Part shown: positions 10,866-21,394 of the stretch, one piece after another
Numbering within the stretch: the first letter of the stretch is position 1
Layout: the number at the start of each line of letters is the position of its first letter
Origin: an uncultured Desulfatitalea sp.
GTDB taxonomy: Bacteria > Desulfobacterota > Desulfobacteria > Desulfobacterales > Desulfosarcinaceae
Direction of reading: 5' to 3'
Assembly (NCBI GenBank): GCA_963668675.2
Contig: CAXXMB010000001.1
Span: 480,001-544,000, forward strand
Length of the DNA stretch: 64,000 nt
Made by a program: the position numbers and the translations under genes
Notes under the pieces: model-generated
Seen by the model: the letters and a program-made list of their open reading frames with translations, nothing else
The model's database searches: none
Told to the model about the DNA's origin: nothing

Positions 10866-12697
10866 GTGCGCCGGGAGACCGGCATGGAGTAGAGAATGAA
10901 AGAGTCTTACGGTGAAGGAGTAGCGCACCACACCGGCCCCGAGTCATGCGCCGTTGACCGCAAGGTTAAAGGTGAAGCGTTGACAGGGGTACGCACGGGC
11001 CAGCCATTGAGCGGCGAAATAATTTTGTCCGGGACGCCGACGCTGTTAACCGAAGCGGAAGGCCACACCGAGAATGGCGTTATGCGCGAGCCGTTTTCGG
11101 GTCCCGCGCCGTCGGAGACCCTGAGCACGTGCGGAAACTCCATGCACGGGAACCGGGAGATCCCACAGGTTCCTTCCCCAGATGGCGGGGATGGACGGAC
11201 CGGGAAGGCTGGGAGCCTCACGCCGGTCATGAACGTCTGTGGGAAGTCGGATGCCTGCATAGTACCGAAGAAGCTGCCGAACAAAGACGGGGTAAACCTG
11301 GCTGCGGAGGCAGTGGAGGAAAGGCGGGCAATCAAGGGGAACGCGAAGCAACCGACCATGCTCCGGACCCAGAGCCGGAAAAGTATGTCGCCCGGGTTGC
11401 AACGCGTGCGAACAGCAGCACGTAAAGACAAGGATGCACGGTTCACCTCACTTTTGCATCATGTTACCGTTGCCCAGCTAAAGGATAGTTACCTGACTCT
11501 GAAGAGGCAGGCCGCAGCTGGTGTGGACGGCGTTTCATGGTCAGAGTACAAAGAGAATCTGGATCAAAGGTTGGCAGACCTGCACAAGAGAGTGCAAAGC
11601 GGGACCTATCGTGCACTGCCCTCGCGGCGGGTGTACATCCCCAAGCCGGACGGGCGCAAAAGACCGCTTGGAATCGCAGCCCTGGAGGATAAGATTGTCC
11701 AGCACGCGGTGGGGAAGGTGCTTTCTGCTGTCTATGAAGAGGATTTTCTGGGGTTCTCTTATGGGTTCAGGCCAGGGCGCAGCCAGCACGATGCGCTGGA
11801 TGCCCTGTTCGTTGGTCTGACCCGCAAGAAAGTGAACTGGGTGCTTGATGCAGACATCAAGGGCTTTTTCGACGCCATCAGCCACGAATGGATGCAACGA
11901 TTTGTCGAGCACCGCATCGCTGATCCTCGGATACGACGTCTTGTGTGCAAATGGCTACGGGCCGGAGTGTCAGAGGATGGGCAATGGTCAAGGACGAGAG
12001 TAGGGACGCCACAAGGGGCGGTGATCTCGCCGCTGCTTGCCAATATTTACCTGCATTACGTCCTGGACCTGTGGGTTAACCAGTGGAGAAAGACAAAAGC
12101 CAATGGTGAGGTGATCATAGTACGTTACGCCGACGACTCACCCTGAGAAGACCCGCTTGATTGAGTTTGGGCGGTTTGCTTCGGAAAACAGGAGAAAGAA
12201 GGGCAAAAGAAAGCCGGAGACATTCGACTTTCTGGGGTTCACACATATCTGTGCAGTAACCAGACAGAAGAAATGGTTTCATATTCGCCGCAAAACGGTG
12301 AAGAAACGGCTGAGGGCATCTTTGGCCAGAGTCAAGTCGGTGATACGTGCCCGCATGCATGATCGGATAGGCGAGGTTGGTGCATGGCTGCAGATGGTGG
12401 TTAGAGGATATTACCGCTATCACGCAGTCTCCGGTAATTTGACTGCCATGAATACGTTCCGAACAGAAATTATCCGCTATTGGTTTAAGAGGCTGAGACG
12501 CCGTGGCCAGAAGCGGCGTATGAACTGGGAGCGGTTCAAGCCTATCGTGAAGCGATGGATCCCGGTACCCACTGTGCAGCATCCATATCCTAATGTGCGC
12601 TTTTACGCCAAATGCCCAAGATAGGAGCCCGGTGCGGTAGTTCCGCACGCCGGGATCTGTGCGGGGGGTCGCCCGAAAGGGCGGTCTCTACCGCGAC
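10866..12697 (+). mobile_element. Group II intron
   Basis: 5' end GTGCG; domain V GAGCCCGGTGCGGTAGTTCCGCACGCCGGGATC; domain VI ending ...CTACCGCGAC; RT ORF inside. Confidence 0.95.
11358..12624 (+). pseudogene. ltrA: Group II intron reverse transcriptase/maturase, broken by a deletion plus frameshift after YADD
   Basis: RT0-RT5 motifs (GVDG, RPLGI, GTPQG, YADD); the sequence jumps from YADDS to HPEKTRLIEFGR in another frame; no endonuclease domain; start approximate. Confidence 0.85.
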
Positions 12698-12800
12698 CGC
12701 ATAATTTTGAGTCGCTAAGTTAATGACATTTGTTTTTATTAAGATGTTTCTTGAAAAAACACAAAAAAAAATATTAATATTACATCATATGGAAAATATT

Positions 12801-14144
12801 ATGAAAAAGAGAGTTTGTTTACTTGGATTAGGCTTCGAAACGGGGAATATGGGTGTTAACGCATTAACATTCGGGACTATTAGAACAATTGTTAAATATG
12901 ATTCTGGAATTCCTATACACTTGTTAGATTATGGAAAGATTTATAAAAAATACAAAATTTTAATTGATGGAAAAGTAAAAACTGTAGAACGAAATTTAAT
13001 GAGATTTTCGAAAAATATTTTTCTGCAAAATAATATATCGAACCTTATAATAATTGCAATAGCCCTAAAATTAATGCCAAAAAATTTCAAGGAAAAAATA
13101 TTAAAAAAGAATGAATTAATTAGAATTATTTGTGAATCAGATCATGTGATATCGTTGGCAGGTGGTGACAGCTTTAGTGATATATACGGCATAAGAAGAT
13201 TTTTGTATGTATCACTTCCTCAAATTTTAGTTTTAATACTAGGTAAAAAATTGATATTATATCCACAAACAATCGGTCCATTTAAAAATAAAATAGTAAA
13301 AAATATAGCTAGTTATATAATAAAAAATGCAAAATATGTATACTCAAGAGATTTGAACGGATATGAATATTGTAGAAGATTACTTAAAAGGAGTAAGAGG
13401 AAAAACTCAAAAAAAAATCGCGTTAAAAATGACAAGCTATGCAATGATAAAATTAATAAAACAAAAGTAAGGTTTTGCTATGACGTAGGGTTTATATTAG
13501 AAAAGCAAAAACCCGATATAAATACAATGGAAATTTTGAACACTCTAAAGAATAAAGAAAAGAATTTAATAGGAATCAATGTGAGTGGATTATTATATGA
13601 AGGTGGTTATACTAAAGATAATATGTTCAACTTAAAAATGAATTATAAAGAATTAATAAAGTGTATAATAGAAAATATAATGAAAATAAAAGATACAAGT
13701 ATAATACTTGTGCCACATGTGTTTGGGAATAATGCTAAGAACGAAGATGATTTAGAGGCTTGTAAAAATGTTTATAAAGAGATGAGCAAAATATATAACG
13801 GAAGAATCGATTATATCAAAAATGAGCTTAACCAAGGCGAGATTAAATACGTAATTGGATGTTGTGAATTCTTTATTGGCTCTAGAATGCATTCATGTAT
13901 AGGGGCACTGTCAAATAAAATTCCTGCAATTGCTATTGCCTACAGTAAAAAATTTATCGGTGTTCTAAATACAATAGGATTAAAAGATTTAGTAATAGAC
14001 CCAAGAGAACTAGATACAGAAGAAATCGTAAATAGAATTATAGAAGTATATAAAAGAAAAGAATTTAACAAGAAAGTACTTGATAAGATAATTCCGAAAG
14101 TAAATCAAAGAATAATGCAATTATATGGTGATGTTAAAGGTTGA
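12801..14144 (+). CDS. Polysaccharide pyruvyl transferase family protein (WcaK-like)
   Basis: GGDSFSDIYG, PQTIGPF, YSRD and GSRMHSCI motifs. Confidence 0.9.
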   Translation: MKKRVCLLGLGFETGNMGVNALTFGTIRTIVKYDSGIPIHLLDYGKIYKKYKILIDGKVKTVERNLMRFSKNIFLQNNISNLIIIAIALKLMPKNFKEKILKKNELIRIICESDHVISLAGGDSFSDIYGIRRFLYVSLPQILVLILGKKLILYPQTIGPFKNKIVKNIASYIIKNAKYVYSRDLNGYEYCRRLLKRSKRKNSKKNRVKNDKLCNDKINKTKVRFCYDVGFILEKQKPDINTMEILNTLKNKEKNLIGINVSGLLYEGGYTKDNMFNLKMNYKELIKCIIENIMKIKDTSIILVPHVFGNNAKNEDDLEACKNVYKEMSKIYNGRIDYIKNELNQGEIKYVIGCCEFFIGSRMHSCIGALSNKIPAIAIAYSKKFIGVLNTIGLKDLVIDPRELDTEEIVNRIIEVYKRKEFNKKVLDKIIPKVNQRIMQLYGDVKG

Positions 14145-14287
14145 AAATCTATCAAATTAACTGTAGTAGTCAAAAGGCTCATGAGCTGTAAACTTTCTCT
14201 TGGTAGTATGTGACATTTTTTTTAATCTAAGATAAATTATTTTTGCCATCTTGAAAATACTTATGGGGCATTGTTAAATGATATAAT

Positions 14288-14546
14288 CATTAGTGTCCGG
14301 TTAGAGAAGAAAAAAATGGAATTGAACCTCTTCTTTTGTTATATTGGATTTGAGACTAACACATTAGAATCAAAAGGGAAACAAGCCATAGACCATAAAA
14401 GCACACTTTTCATTCTATGCTAAACTTTATTCCGAGACATCAGTTTGACGCACTTGAAAACCAACATGGCACGGAACAAAAAGCACGTGATTTTACCAGA
14501 TGGAACCAGTTCGCCGATCTGATGTTAATGCATGCCAGACATTAAC
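14288..14546 (+). mobile_element. IS4-family (DUF4372-type) remnant
   Basis: TIR CATTAGTGTCCGGTTA; encodes HKSTLFHSMLNFIPRHQF...FTRWNQF. Confidence 0.7.
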
Positions 14547-14761
14547 AAAACGATTTTAAGAATGGCTCAACCAAGCAATAATAGATGAACATTTTATAGG
14601 CTACTTAGCAAAACATCTATAATTCAGTGGGGAACTCCAATTAGAATTTTATGATTGGAAAAAAACCATAACTATAAGTGGCCTCAGAAAGAGAGAAAGG
14701 CTTCATAAAAATATTAACCCGAGAGAGCATCTTCTCTGGATGAAGCTGAAATTTATAAATA

Positions 14762-16024
14762 ATGATAGGGCAAAAAATACTTTTAATGTTATCTATTTGT
14801 TTAGTTGTAGTTAATATAAGATATGCTAGTCTGATATTTTTAATTGCTGTCACATTGATACCTTCTGGAGTACATTATGATATTGGTGGTTTTAATCTTT
14901 ACCCACTGAGAATAATGATAATATTTGGGTTCGCACGAATGCTGATTAGATCAGAGTATTTTAAGACTACTAGATCTGATTATATAATATCCCTTTTTGT
15001 ACCAATTTGTCTATTTAGCAGTTTTTTTCATGATGATCCAAGTGCGGCCTTTATATATAGGGCAGGGTTAGGTCTTGACACAATAGGTGCATACGTCCTG
15101 TTTCGCAGCTGGATAAGTAATATTGAAGACTTTAAGAGATTTTTTAAAACAAATATATATTTATACATAGTTATTCTACCATTAATGACTTATGAAAACG
15201 CAATAGGTCATAATCTTTTTAGTTATATTGGCGGGGTCCCATTCATACCATGGTTAAGAGAAGGGCACTACAGAGCCCAGGGACCATTTATCCATGCTAT
15301 ATTAGCTGGGACGATTGCTGGTGCTTGTATGCCAATGGCAATAGCATTATGGAATGAAAATCGCATCTTGGCAAAGTTTGGAATGGTAGCAACTTTGGTA
15401 ATACCACTTCAAACGGTATCAAGCGGTCCAATACTAACTGTTTTGATTGCAGCTTTCGGGTTAACACTATGGTATAAAAGGCAATACCTGAAAATCATCA
15501 TTAAAACAAGCATATATATGTTGATTTGTCTACATATTATAATGAAAGCACCTGTATGGTTCCTAATTGCGAGAATTGATTTTACTGGAGGTAGTACAAG
15601 TTGGCATAGGGCGGAATTAATAGACTCTTCAATAAGGCATATTTCCGAATGGTGGTTTGCTGGTACTGACTATACTAGACACTGGATGCCAACAGGTGTG
15701 TCATGGAGTTTAAAGCACTCAGATATTACAAATCGATATATTTGGATGGGTGTAATAGGGGGATTACCACTAATGATTTCTTTTATTTCATTATTTATAA
15801 TTACTTTTAAATGTATTTCTCGAGCTTTAAGTGAACTAGACGAAGGGGAATTGAAATCAAAATTTCTATTATGGACAGCTGGATCAGTTGTTTTTGCTCA
15901 CTGTGTATCGATGTTAGCTGTAGGATACCATGACCAATCCGCAGGCCTCTTTTATACTCAAATAGGTGCCACAATATCACTAACTAATTATTTAACTAAT
16001 GAAAATAAAGGTTCATTCGAATAA
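14762..16024 (+). CDS. Wzy polymerase / O-antigen ligase-like membrane protein
   Basis: About 10-12 TM segments; RAQGPFIHAILAG and DITNRY motifs. Confidence 0.75.
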   Translation: MIGQKILLMLSICLVVVNIRYASLIFLIAVTLIPSGVHYDIGGFNLYPLRIMIIFGFARMLIRSEYFKTTRSDYIISLFVPICLFSSFFHDDPSAAFIYRAGLGLDTIGAYVLFRSWISNIEDFKRFFKTNIYLYIVILPLMTYENAIGHNLFSYIGGVPFIPWLREGHYRAQGPFIHAILAGTIAGACMPMAIALWNENRILAKFGMVATLVIPLQTVSSGPILTVLIAAFGLTLWYKRQYLKIIIKTSIYMLICLHIIMKAPVWFLIARIDFTGGSTSWHRAELIDSSIRHISEWWFAGTDYTRHWMPTGVSWSLKHSDITNRYIWMGVIGGLPLMISFISLFIITFKCISRALSELDEGELKSKFLLWTAGSVVFAHCVSMLAVGYHDQSAGLFYTQIGATISLTNYLTNENKGSFE

Positions 16025-16129
16025 AGCGTAATTTGATTAAAGAAAAGAATTTTAAATTAAAATCTTATATTCCTATACCCATAAGCATGTCGTTTTAACG
16101 GTTATAATGTGTTTGTAGATGGTCGTATT

Positions 16130-16917
16130 AAAGTAAGTCAAAAATGGCCGTTTAAAAGTAAGCCACTATGGGCCCCAGGGGGATCCATAAAATGCGCTAA
16201 TTTCCAATTGATGACCCCTTGATATCGAGGAAATAGGGTAACACTCCGGTTAGTAGAAACCAAGGAAAAATGAAAGGAGTGTACCCGATGAAAACCAAGG
16301 CAAAGCCTGTCGGGCGGCAATGCATGCCGCACCTATTTTGCATCGAACCGGGCAAGATATAACAAACGCCAACGCCGGCAGGCCTGGGAGTGGATCACGG
16401 ATCTGGCGGTCGACATATCGGCCAAGTTCTCAAAACGAACCATTGATCCGGCGGCCTGGCGCATCGCCGCCAGAAAGTGGTTGGAGCGGCACAGTTTGAT
16501 TATCATCCAGAAACCGAAATTGAGATACTGTTCAGCTTCGTTGTGATTGACATTGTGCATGTATCTTTTTAAGATTTTACGATCCGGTGAAACGCAGGCA
16601 GGCTCTGCTGGGGAGCAACCTGCCGAGGGATAGCCGGATGCAGGTGGCATTGAATAATGCCCCGGGAGGAAACGGCTTGATTAAATCGGTTGTTTCCTCC
16701 GCCCCACTAATTGTCTATTCAAGCCTTCCTGCCCATGCCTTAGAAAACCCAATACAATAGAGGCGCGCAGCGCACCCAACAAAATTGAACTGCCACGGAT
16801 CAGCGATGAAAAGAGTCTGCCAGATAAGCAAAGATGTTCTTCAGTATGGGGATGGGATGATTGGTCTGCGAATCGTCCCTGGGTTGGGAAAGTGTTACCC
16901 TATTTATCTTTAAAAAA
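16130..16917. mobile_element. Decayed IS remnants (family uncertain)
   Basis: GC-rich patch in AT-rich context; repeated AAGTAAG end motif resembling IS21 ends; 16870-16917 homologous to the IS end at 20666-20735. Confidence 0.45.
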
Positions 16918-18018
16918 CGGAACTATAACCCATAAAAAGGCTCTACGTTGAACAACTTAAATTCAGGATACCACCACATTTGGTTCTTCGTACCTGGCAT
17001 CCTGGTGCCTTTGATAGCAGTGAGCTCAACATATCCATCACTGGCATGGATTTCATGATGATTTTCAAAGTACCCTTTTTACTCTTTTTCAGTTCTGGGA
17101 TGCGATGATTCCACCTAAAACATACTTCATGGAGATAGCGCGCCAAATGCTTTTTGCTCATATAGTGAAAAACACCCAGTTTCGCGCGCTCCAAGTTCGC
17201 GTTGAACGACTCTGCCGTGTTGTTGTGCACCTCGCCACGGACATATTCTTTGTTCCCATGGTTCACCCAATCGTGAGCTGCAAATAATTTGCCGGCTTTG
17301 CGATAACTATGAAGCTGATCGGTCATCAGATGCGATCTTTTATCGACAAAACGCTTTATATGCGGCAAAAGATCGGCAAATTTGTCGCTTTTCACCGGTA
17401 CTGCCCGAACCGGGCCGTTGCGTTCAACCGCTACAAAAACTCACTGCTTTTGGGTTCCCCGGCCTCGTTTGTGCTTTACACCATGCTCGTATCGCGGTTT
17501 TCCACCGATATACTTTTCATCCAATTCGACGATGCCTTGCAGCGCCGGAACCAATTCCAATCCCGGGTCCATCATCTTTCTGACAGCATGGCCAATCTTC
17601 CAGGCGCTTTTTTGAGAAATGCCGATCCATTTACCCAAAAAGACCGAGGACACGCCCTTGCTCGAATTGGCGATGTAGTACATTGCAAGCAACCATTTCC
17701 AAAGAGGCAACTTGGTGCTGTGCATCGGTGTTTTGGTGGTCACTGTAAATTGCCTTTTGCATTGGGCGCATTCGTACAATCCGGCTCGTACGCTATTGCC
17801 TGATAAAGCGTACGACTTAGAACAGTAGCAGTGGGGGCAATACCGGCCGTGGCGCCACAAAACAGATTCGAAAAAATGACGACAGGTCGACTCATCTGCA
17901 AACCGCTTTCTGAATTGATCGATATTCATGGCATCCTCCTTAGGTTTCAGGAGAATGCTATCATAGGCCTGTGACAGATCCGGTCACACTATAGGCCTTT
18001 TTATTGGTTATAGGTCCG
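16918..18018 (-). mobile_element. IS1595-family element
   Basis: TIRs CGGA(A/C)CTATAACC(C/A)ATAAAAAGGC; perfect 8-bp TSD TTAAAAAA (16910-16917, 18019-18026). Confidence 0.9.
16943..17929 (-). pseudogene. IS1595 transposase with one in-frame TGA
   Basis: Zn ribbon, VELDEKYIGG, MTD and NTAESF motifs; QKQ*VFVAVER at 17441-17443. Confidence 0.85.
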
Positions 18019-18269
18019 TTAAAAAATGGGCCATATTTAATGATGTCGCACAAAGGTGAAAGTTTATGTTTTCGTCGACACAAACCTTACAAGATCGAGG
18101 GCTACTTTTTCAAAATGTGCGAAAAATATTATACGTTATCTCCAAAGGTAAGAATGTGGCGGCCAATCATACATCGATCTATGTTCAGGAAGAACAGCAG
18201 CTGAAGAGAAAATAATTGCATGCCGTAACTAAGAAACTAATGTAGGTTTTGGAGATCGCTTATAAGCAA

Positions 18270-18589
18270 AAAACCACTTGAGAAGCTCATGAGCGAGATA
18301 AGGCAGAGCACGCGTTCTTGGGGTTGTGGCCTCTCTTCCAGATAGAAAGTCAGCATTGATGTGATGTTAGTGGCCGCCAGATTAAGGCGTGTACCTATTT
18401 CGTACAAAGTACGGCAAAAAATTATACATGAATATGGACTAATCTGAAGAAATTGAGATATTAAACGCATACACGCCCCTGTCCCAGGGAATATGCCCAT
18501 AGAACAGGGATCCGTTCACGAGCCCTTCAGGTTGACGGGCAGCAATAAGTATAAGTAAGAGTATAAAAAGTTATAGACACTACACTACC
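18270..18589 (+). mobile_element. IS256-family C-terminal remnant
   Basis: Degenerate PLEKLMSEIRQSTR...LVAARLR...YMNMD; ends in GACACTAC-like terminus. Confidence 0.55.
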
Positions 18590-20109
18590 TATTCAGAATT
18601 AATTATTTTCAAATTTGAAGGTGCTACTACACTTGACGCCATTGACTGACCATCGTATTCATATGCACCAATATCCCATTCAGTTCCTCGAAAGTTTCCT
18701 TTAATGTCGTAGTCAAAAATCGAACTTAATACTGCTCCTACTCCTCTGGCAGTAGATTCGAAAGATAAAGAAAAATCAGGTGGGCTTGAATAGGCTGAGC
18801 TGATATCTGGGTTTCCTTCATAGTCTTTGCCTACTTCAAGGTTATTATTCCATGTCGATATAGAATAGCTATATTTTGTACCGATTTTTCCGTATATATT
18901 GTTGGATCTGGTAAAAATAAGATTATTGGAAATGTTAAGTCCAACTACACCTTGTGCATCAATTCCTTGATAGGATAATGAGCAGATATTGTTTTTAATG
19001 GTGACGTTTGATGAAGTGTTAGCAATGCGTATGCTTGACATTGCAGCGTTATTATCCAATGAAGAAGAATTAGAAAGAATAGTATTGTTGTATATTCCAA
19101 CGTTGTTACTACCATATATTGATATTAACCCAGGTGAGAAAGTATATGTTTGATGACTTGAGCCAGAAGAAGTGTTTGAGAAGCTTAAAACATTGTTGTA
19201 GATTAAAAGGCCATCAGCACAGTCTTCAATAAAAATTTGGCTAGTACCTCCCGCAGAGGCTGAAGAAACAGACCAATCACCATAAAAAAAGTTATTATAA
19301 ATTTTAGCATTCTTTAATTGTTTGTGATTTGATACTGAGAAAATGTGTATGCCGTCTGCATGGTCAGAGCCAGTAATATTGCTATGCGCATCGTGGATAA
19401 TATTGTTGTATATTTCGAATCCTGTTATTGCTGATGATCCTCCAGAGTTATCTGTTCTCCATTCAATAGAGTTCCCAGCGTTAGATATTTCATTGTGATG
19501 AATCCTAAATCCATTTCTTGGAACAGTACCTTGAGACGCTCCAACAATAGCGTGGTTAGAATATGCTATTATAGTGTTATAACAAATTTCAAATTCATAG
19601 GAAAAATTAGACATTATCGCTCTAGCGTTATTACTTATACCTGGGTAGCCGACATTAATGAGTTTTAAATTAGATATTTTAAAATGGTGTTGATAATTTG
19701 TTATTATAATAGATTCATATGATTCTGATAAAGAGTGCTCGGCATCAAAAACTGGTTCGGTCCATGTCGAGCCATCAAACCAAGTGCTATCTGATGTAAA
19801 CAAGTCTATTTTTCCATCTGTTCCACTATAACCTAAGGTAAGTGGCAAGACGCTTGCGGGCCATGTAACGCCACCCTTAAAAATAAATTCGTCTCCAGGG
19901 GAATGAAAGTATGTTCCATTAAATCCCACCATACCAGGACATAATTTCCAAGGCCCTGATTTAGAAACGCCTGAATATTTATCTGAGCCGTTTTCATAAT
20001 CAATATAATAAGTTGTAGCTTCGGATGCGTCATATGAAATGAATATGAATAATAATACGATTATGAATTTATAACATGCATACTTTATTAGGTGATTTTT
20101 GAAAATCAT
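18589..20109 (-). CDS. Secreted right-handed beta-helix protein (pectate-lyase-like) with choice-of-anchor-Q-like DIGAYEY motif
   Basis: Signal peptide; TTYYID...G.D..SG.....PW; repeated IYNN turns; DIKGNFRGTEWDIGAYEY. Confidence 0.8.
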   Translation of the reverse strand: MIFKNHLIKYACYKFIIVLLFIFISYDASEATTYYIDYENGSDKYSGVSKSGPWKLCPGMVGFNGTYFHSPGDEFIFKGGVTWPASVLPLTLGYSGTDGKIDLFTSDSTWFDGSTWTEPVFDAEHSLSESYESIIITNYQHHFKISNLKLINVGYPGISNNARAIMSNFSYEFEICYNTIIAYSNHAIVGASQGTVPRNGFRIHHNEISNAGNSIEWRTDNSGGSSAITGFEIYNNIIHDAHSNITGSDHADGIHIFSVSNHKQLKNAKIYNNFFYGDWSVSSASAGGTSQIFIEDCADGLLIYNNVLSFSNTSSGSSHQTYTFSPGLISIYGSNNVGIYNNTILSNSSSLDNNAAMSSIRIANTSSNVTIKNNICSLSYQGIDAQGVVGLNISNNLIFTRSNNIYGKIGTKYSYSISTWNNNLEVGKDYEGNPDISSAYSSPPDFSLSFESTARGVGAVLSSIFDYDIKGNFRGTEWDIGAYEYDGQSMASSVVAPSNLKIINSE

Positions 20110-20226
20110 AAATTTGGTTTCTCCTTTGACACAATTTTTTACCCAAATATAGGGGTATTGTTAAATATATCTCAAATAGAGTTATAAATTTTCTAAAAGA
20201 GAATAATTAACTATGAATGAAAATTA

Positions 20227-20242
20227 TGCAAAAAGACTGCCA
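20227..20242 (-). promoter_or_regulatory. sigma54 (-24/-12) promoter of the beta-helix gene
   Basis: TGGCAGTCTTTTTGCA (GG-N10-GC). Confidence 0.6.
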
Positions 20243-20665
20243 GTGAGAATAATGCTGCGCAAAGTTTAATATTAGTTTGAGTAACCATACACTCAATCCA
20301 TTTGATAATAAAGAAAAAAATATTTTTGTAAATATATTAATATTCTATAAGTTAATACTAAGGTCAGAACCGATTAATTAAAATTTTCATTCATTCTAAG
20401 GCGTTATTGACTTATATGTTATAATAGAAAATCGAGTTAAATTAGATAAAACATTGTGCAGATAATGTAACCAGGATGAATATATTTGCGCACATGTCGG
20501 AAAATTGACGTTTTAGATAAAAAATATCATTTGAGAATAAGTCCTTAAAAAAAGATACAACAATATCACCATGGAATAGTTTATATATATTAAGTAATAT
20601 TAGTAAGTTGAACGCATTATGTTGGTTGGGAAGAGTTAAGATCTTATCAGACACCTCAGAGATAG

Positions 20666-21372
20666 TGTGCGACATCATTAAATACGGCCCATTTTTAAAG
20701 AAAAATAGGTTAACACTTTCCAGACCAAGGGACAATTTGGAGTGACCCCCATCAGCTGCACACATTATCGATCAAATGTAAGAGCTGTTTGATTCGGGAT
20801 CCTGGTTTAAAAACAGCGCCTCATACTCACAAGGGGGACGATACCCCAATGAAGAATGCAGTCGCTTTTGATTATACACCTCGTCGATAAAATATGGGAT
20901 TCGCCGTTTAACATCTTCAATCGTACGGTATTCCCAAAGATGGACTTCTTCTGATTTAATGGTTTTGATCAAGCTCTCAGCGTATGCATTGTCATAGGGG
21001 TTGCCCTTGCGGCTCATGCTGATTTTAAAACCATAAAACTCGAGCTCTTTTACATAGCAGGCGCCGGCTCGTTGGGCCTCGGATTTACCCCTGTTGAGAT
21101 CTTGCAGTATATGATCACAGATGGTAGGACTCTCATCAATGATGGCGCTGATAACTTCAAGCTCCCGGCTTTGTGGATGATCAAGAATGTGGGCCATCAG
21201 AGGCATTTGTTTTTGCTATTTTTCGCGTATTTTGTGGTCGGCTCCTTTCTTGTATTTGTAGTATTAATGGTTGGTTGCAGACTTTCAATATACTACAACA
21301 AACAAGAAATTGCTACTACAAAATGCGCTTTCTAATTGAGTTACAAGTAGTTATAGCTTTGGATGGAAACTA
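20666..21372 (-). mobile_element. Stack of IS remnants: IS end, IS3 integrase C-terminus, ISNCY N-terminus
   Basis: ORF 20772-21206 is a chimera of QMPL...LEVISAIIDE (ISNCY-like) and SMSRKGNPYDNAYAES...RLHSSLGY (IS3). Confidence 0.7.
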
Positions 21373-21394
21373 GATAATATAACGGTAGAAATTA

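Larger units (their letters stand above)
8422..12698 (-). mobile_element. IS66-family element (tnpA-tnpB-tnpC) with a group II intron in its terminal repeat
   Basis: TIR GTAAGCGTC at 8422; other end reads ...GAACGGTTA (10865)|intron|C (12698), i.e. GTAACCGTTC on the minus strand; no TSD seen. Confidence 0.85.

Noticed and set aside
10896..11357. N-terminal ~150 aa of the 416-aa RT ORF
   Set aside because: It overlaps intron RNA domains I-III, including the EBS1 loop; probably non-coding read-through rather than a protein domain.
10866..12697. Retron, DGR or defence RT interpretation
   Set aside because: GTGCG start, domains V/VI and maturase tail identify an ordinary group II intron; no template/variable repeat pair or msr/msd seen.
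20772..21206. Novel fusion protein
   Set aside because: Chance in-frame join of ISNCY and IS3 remnants.
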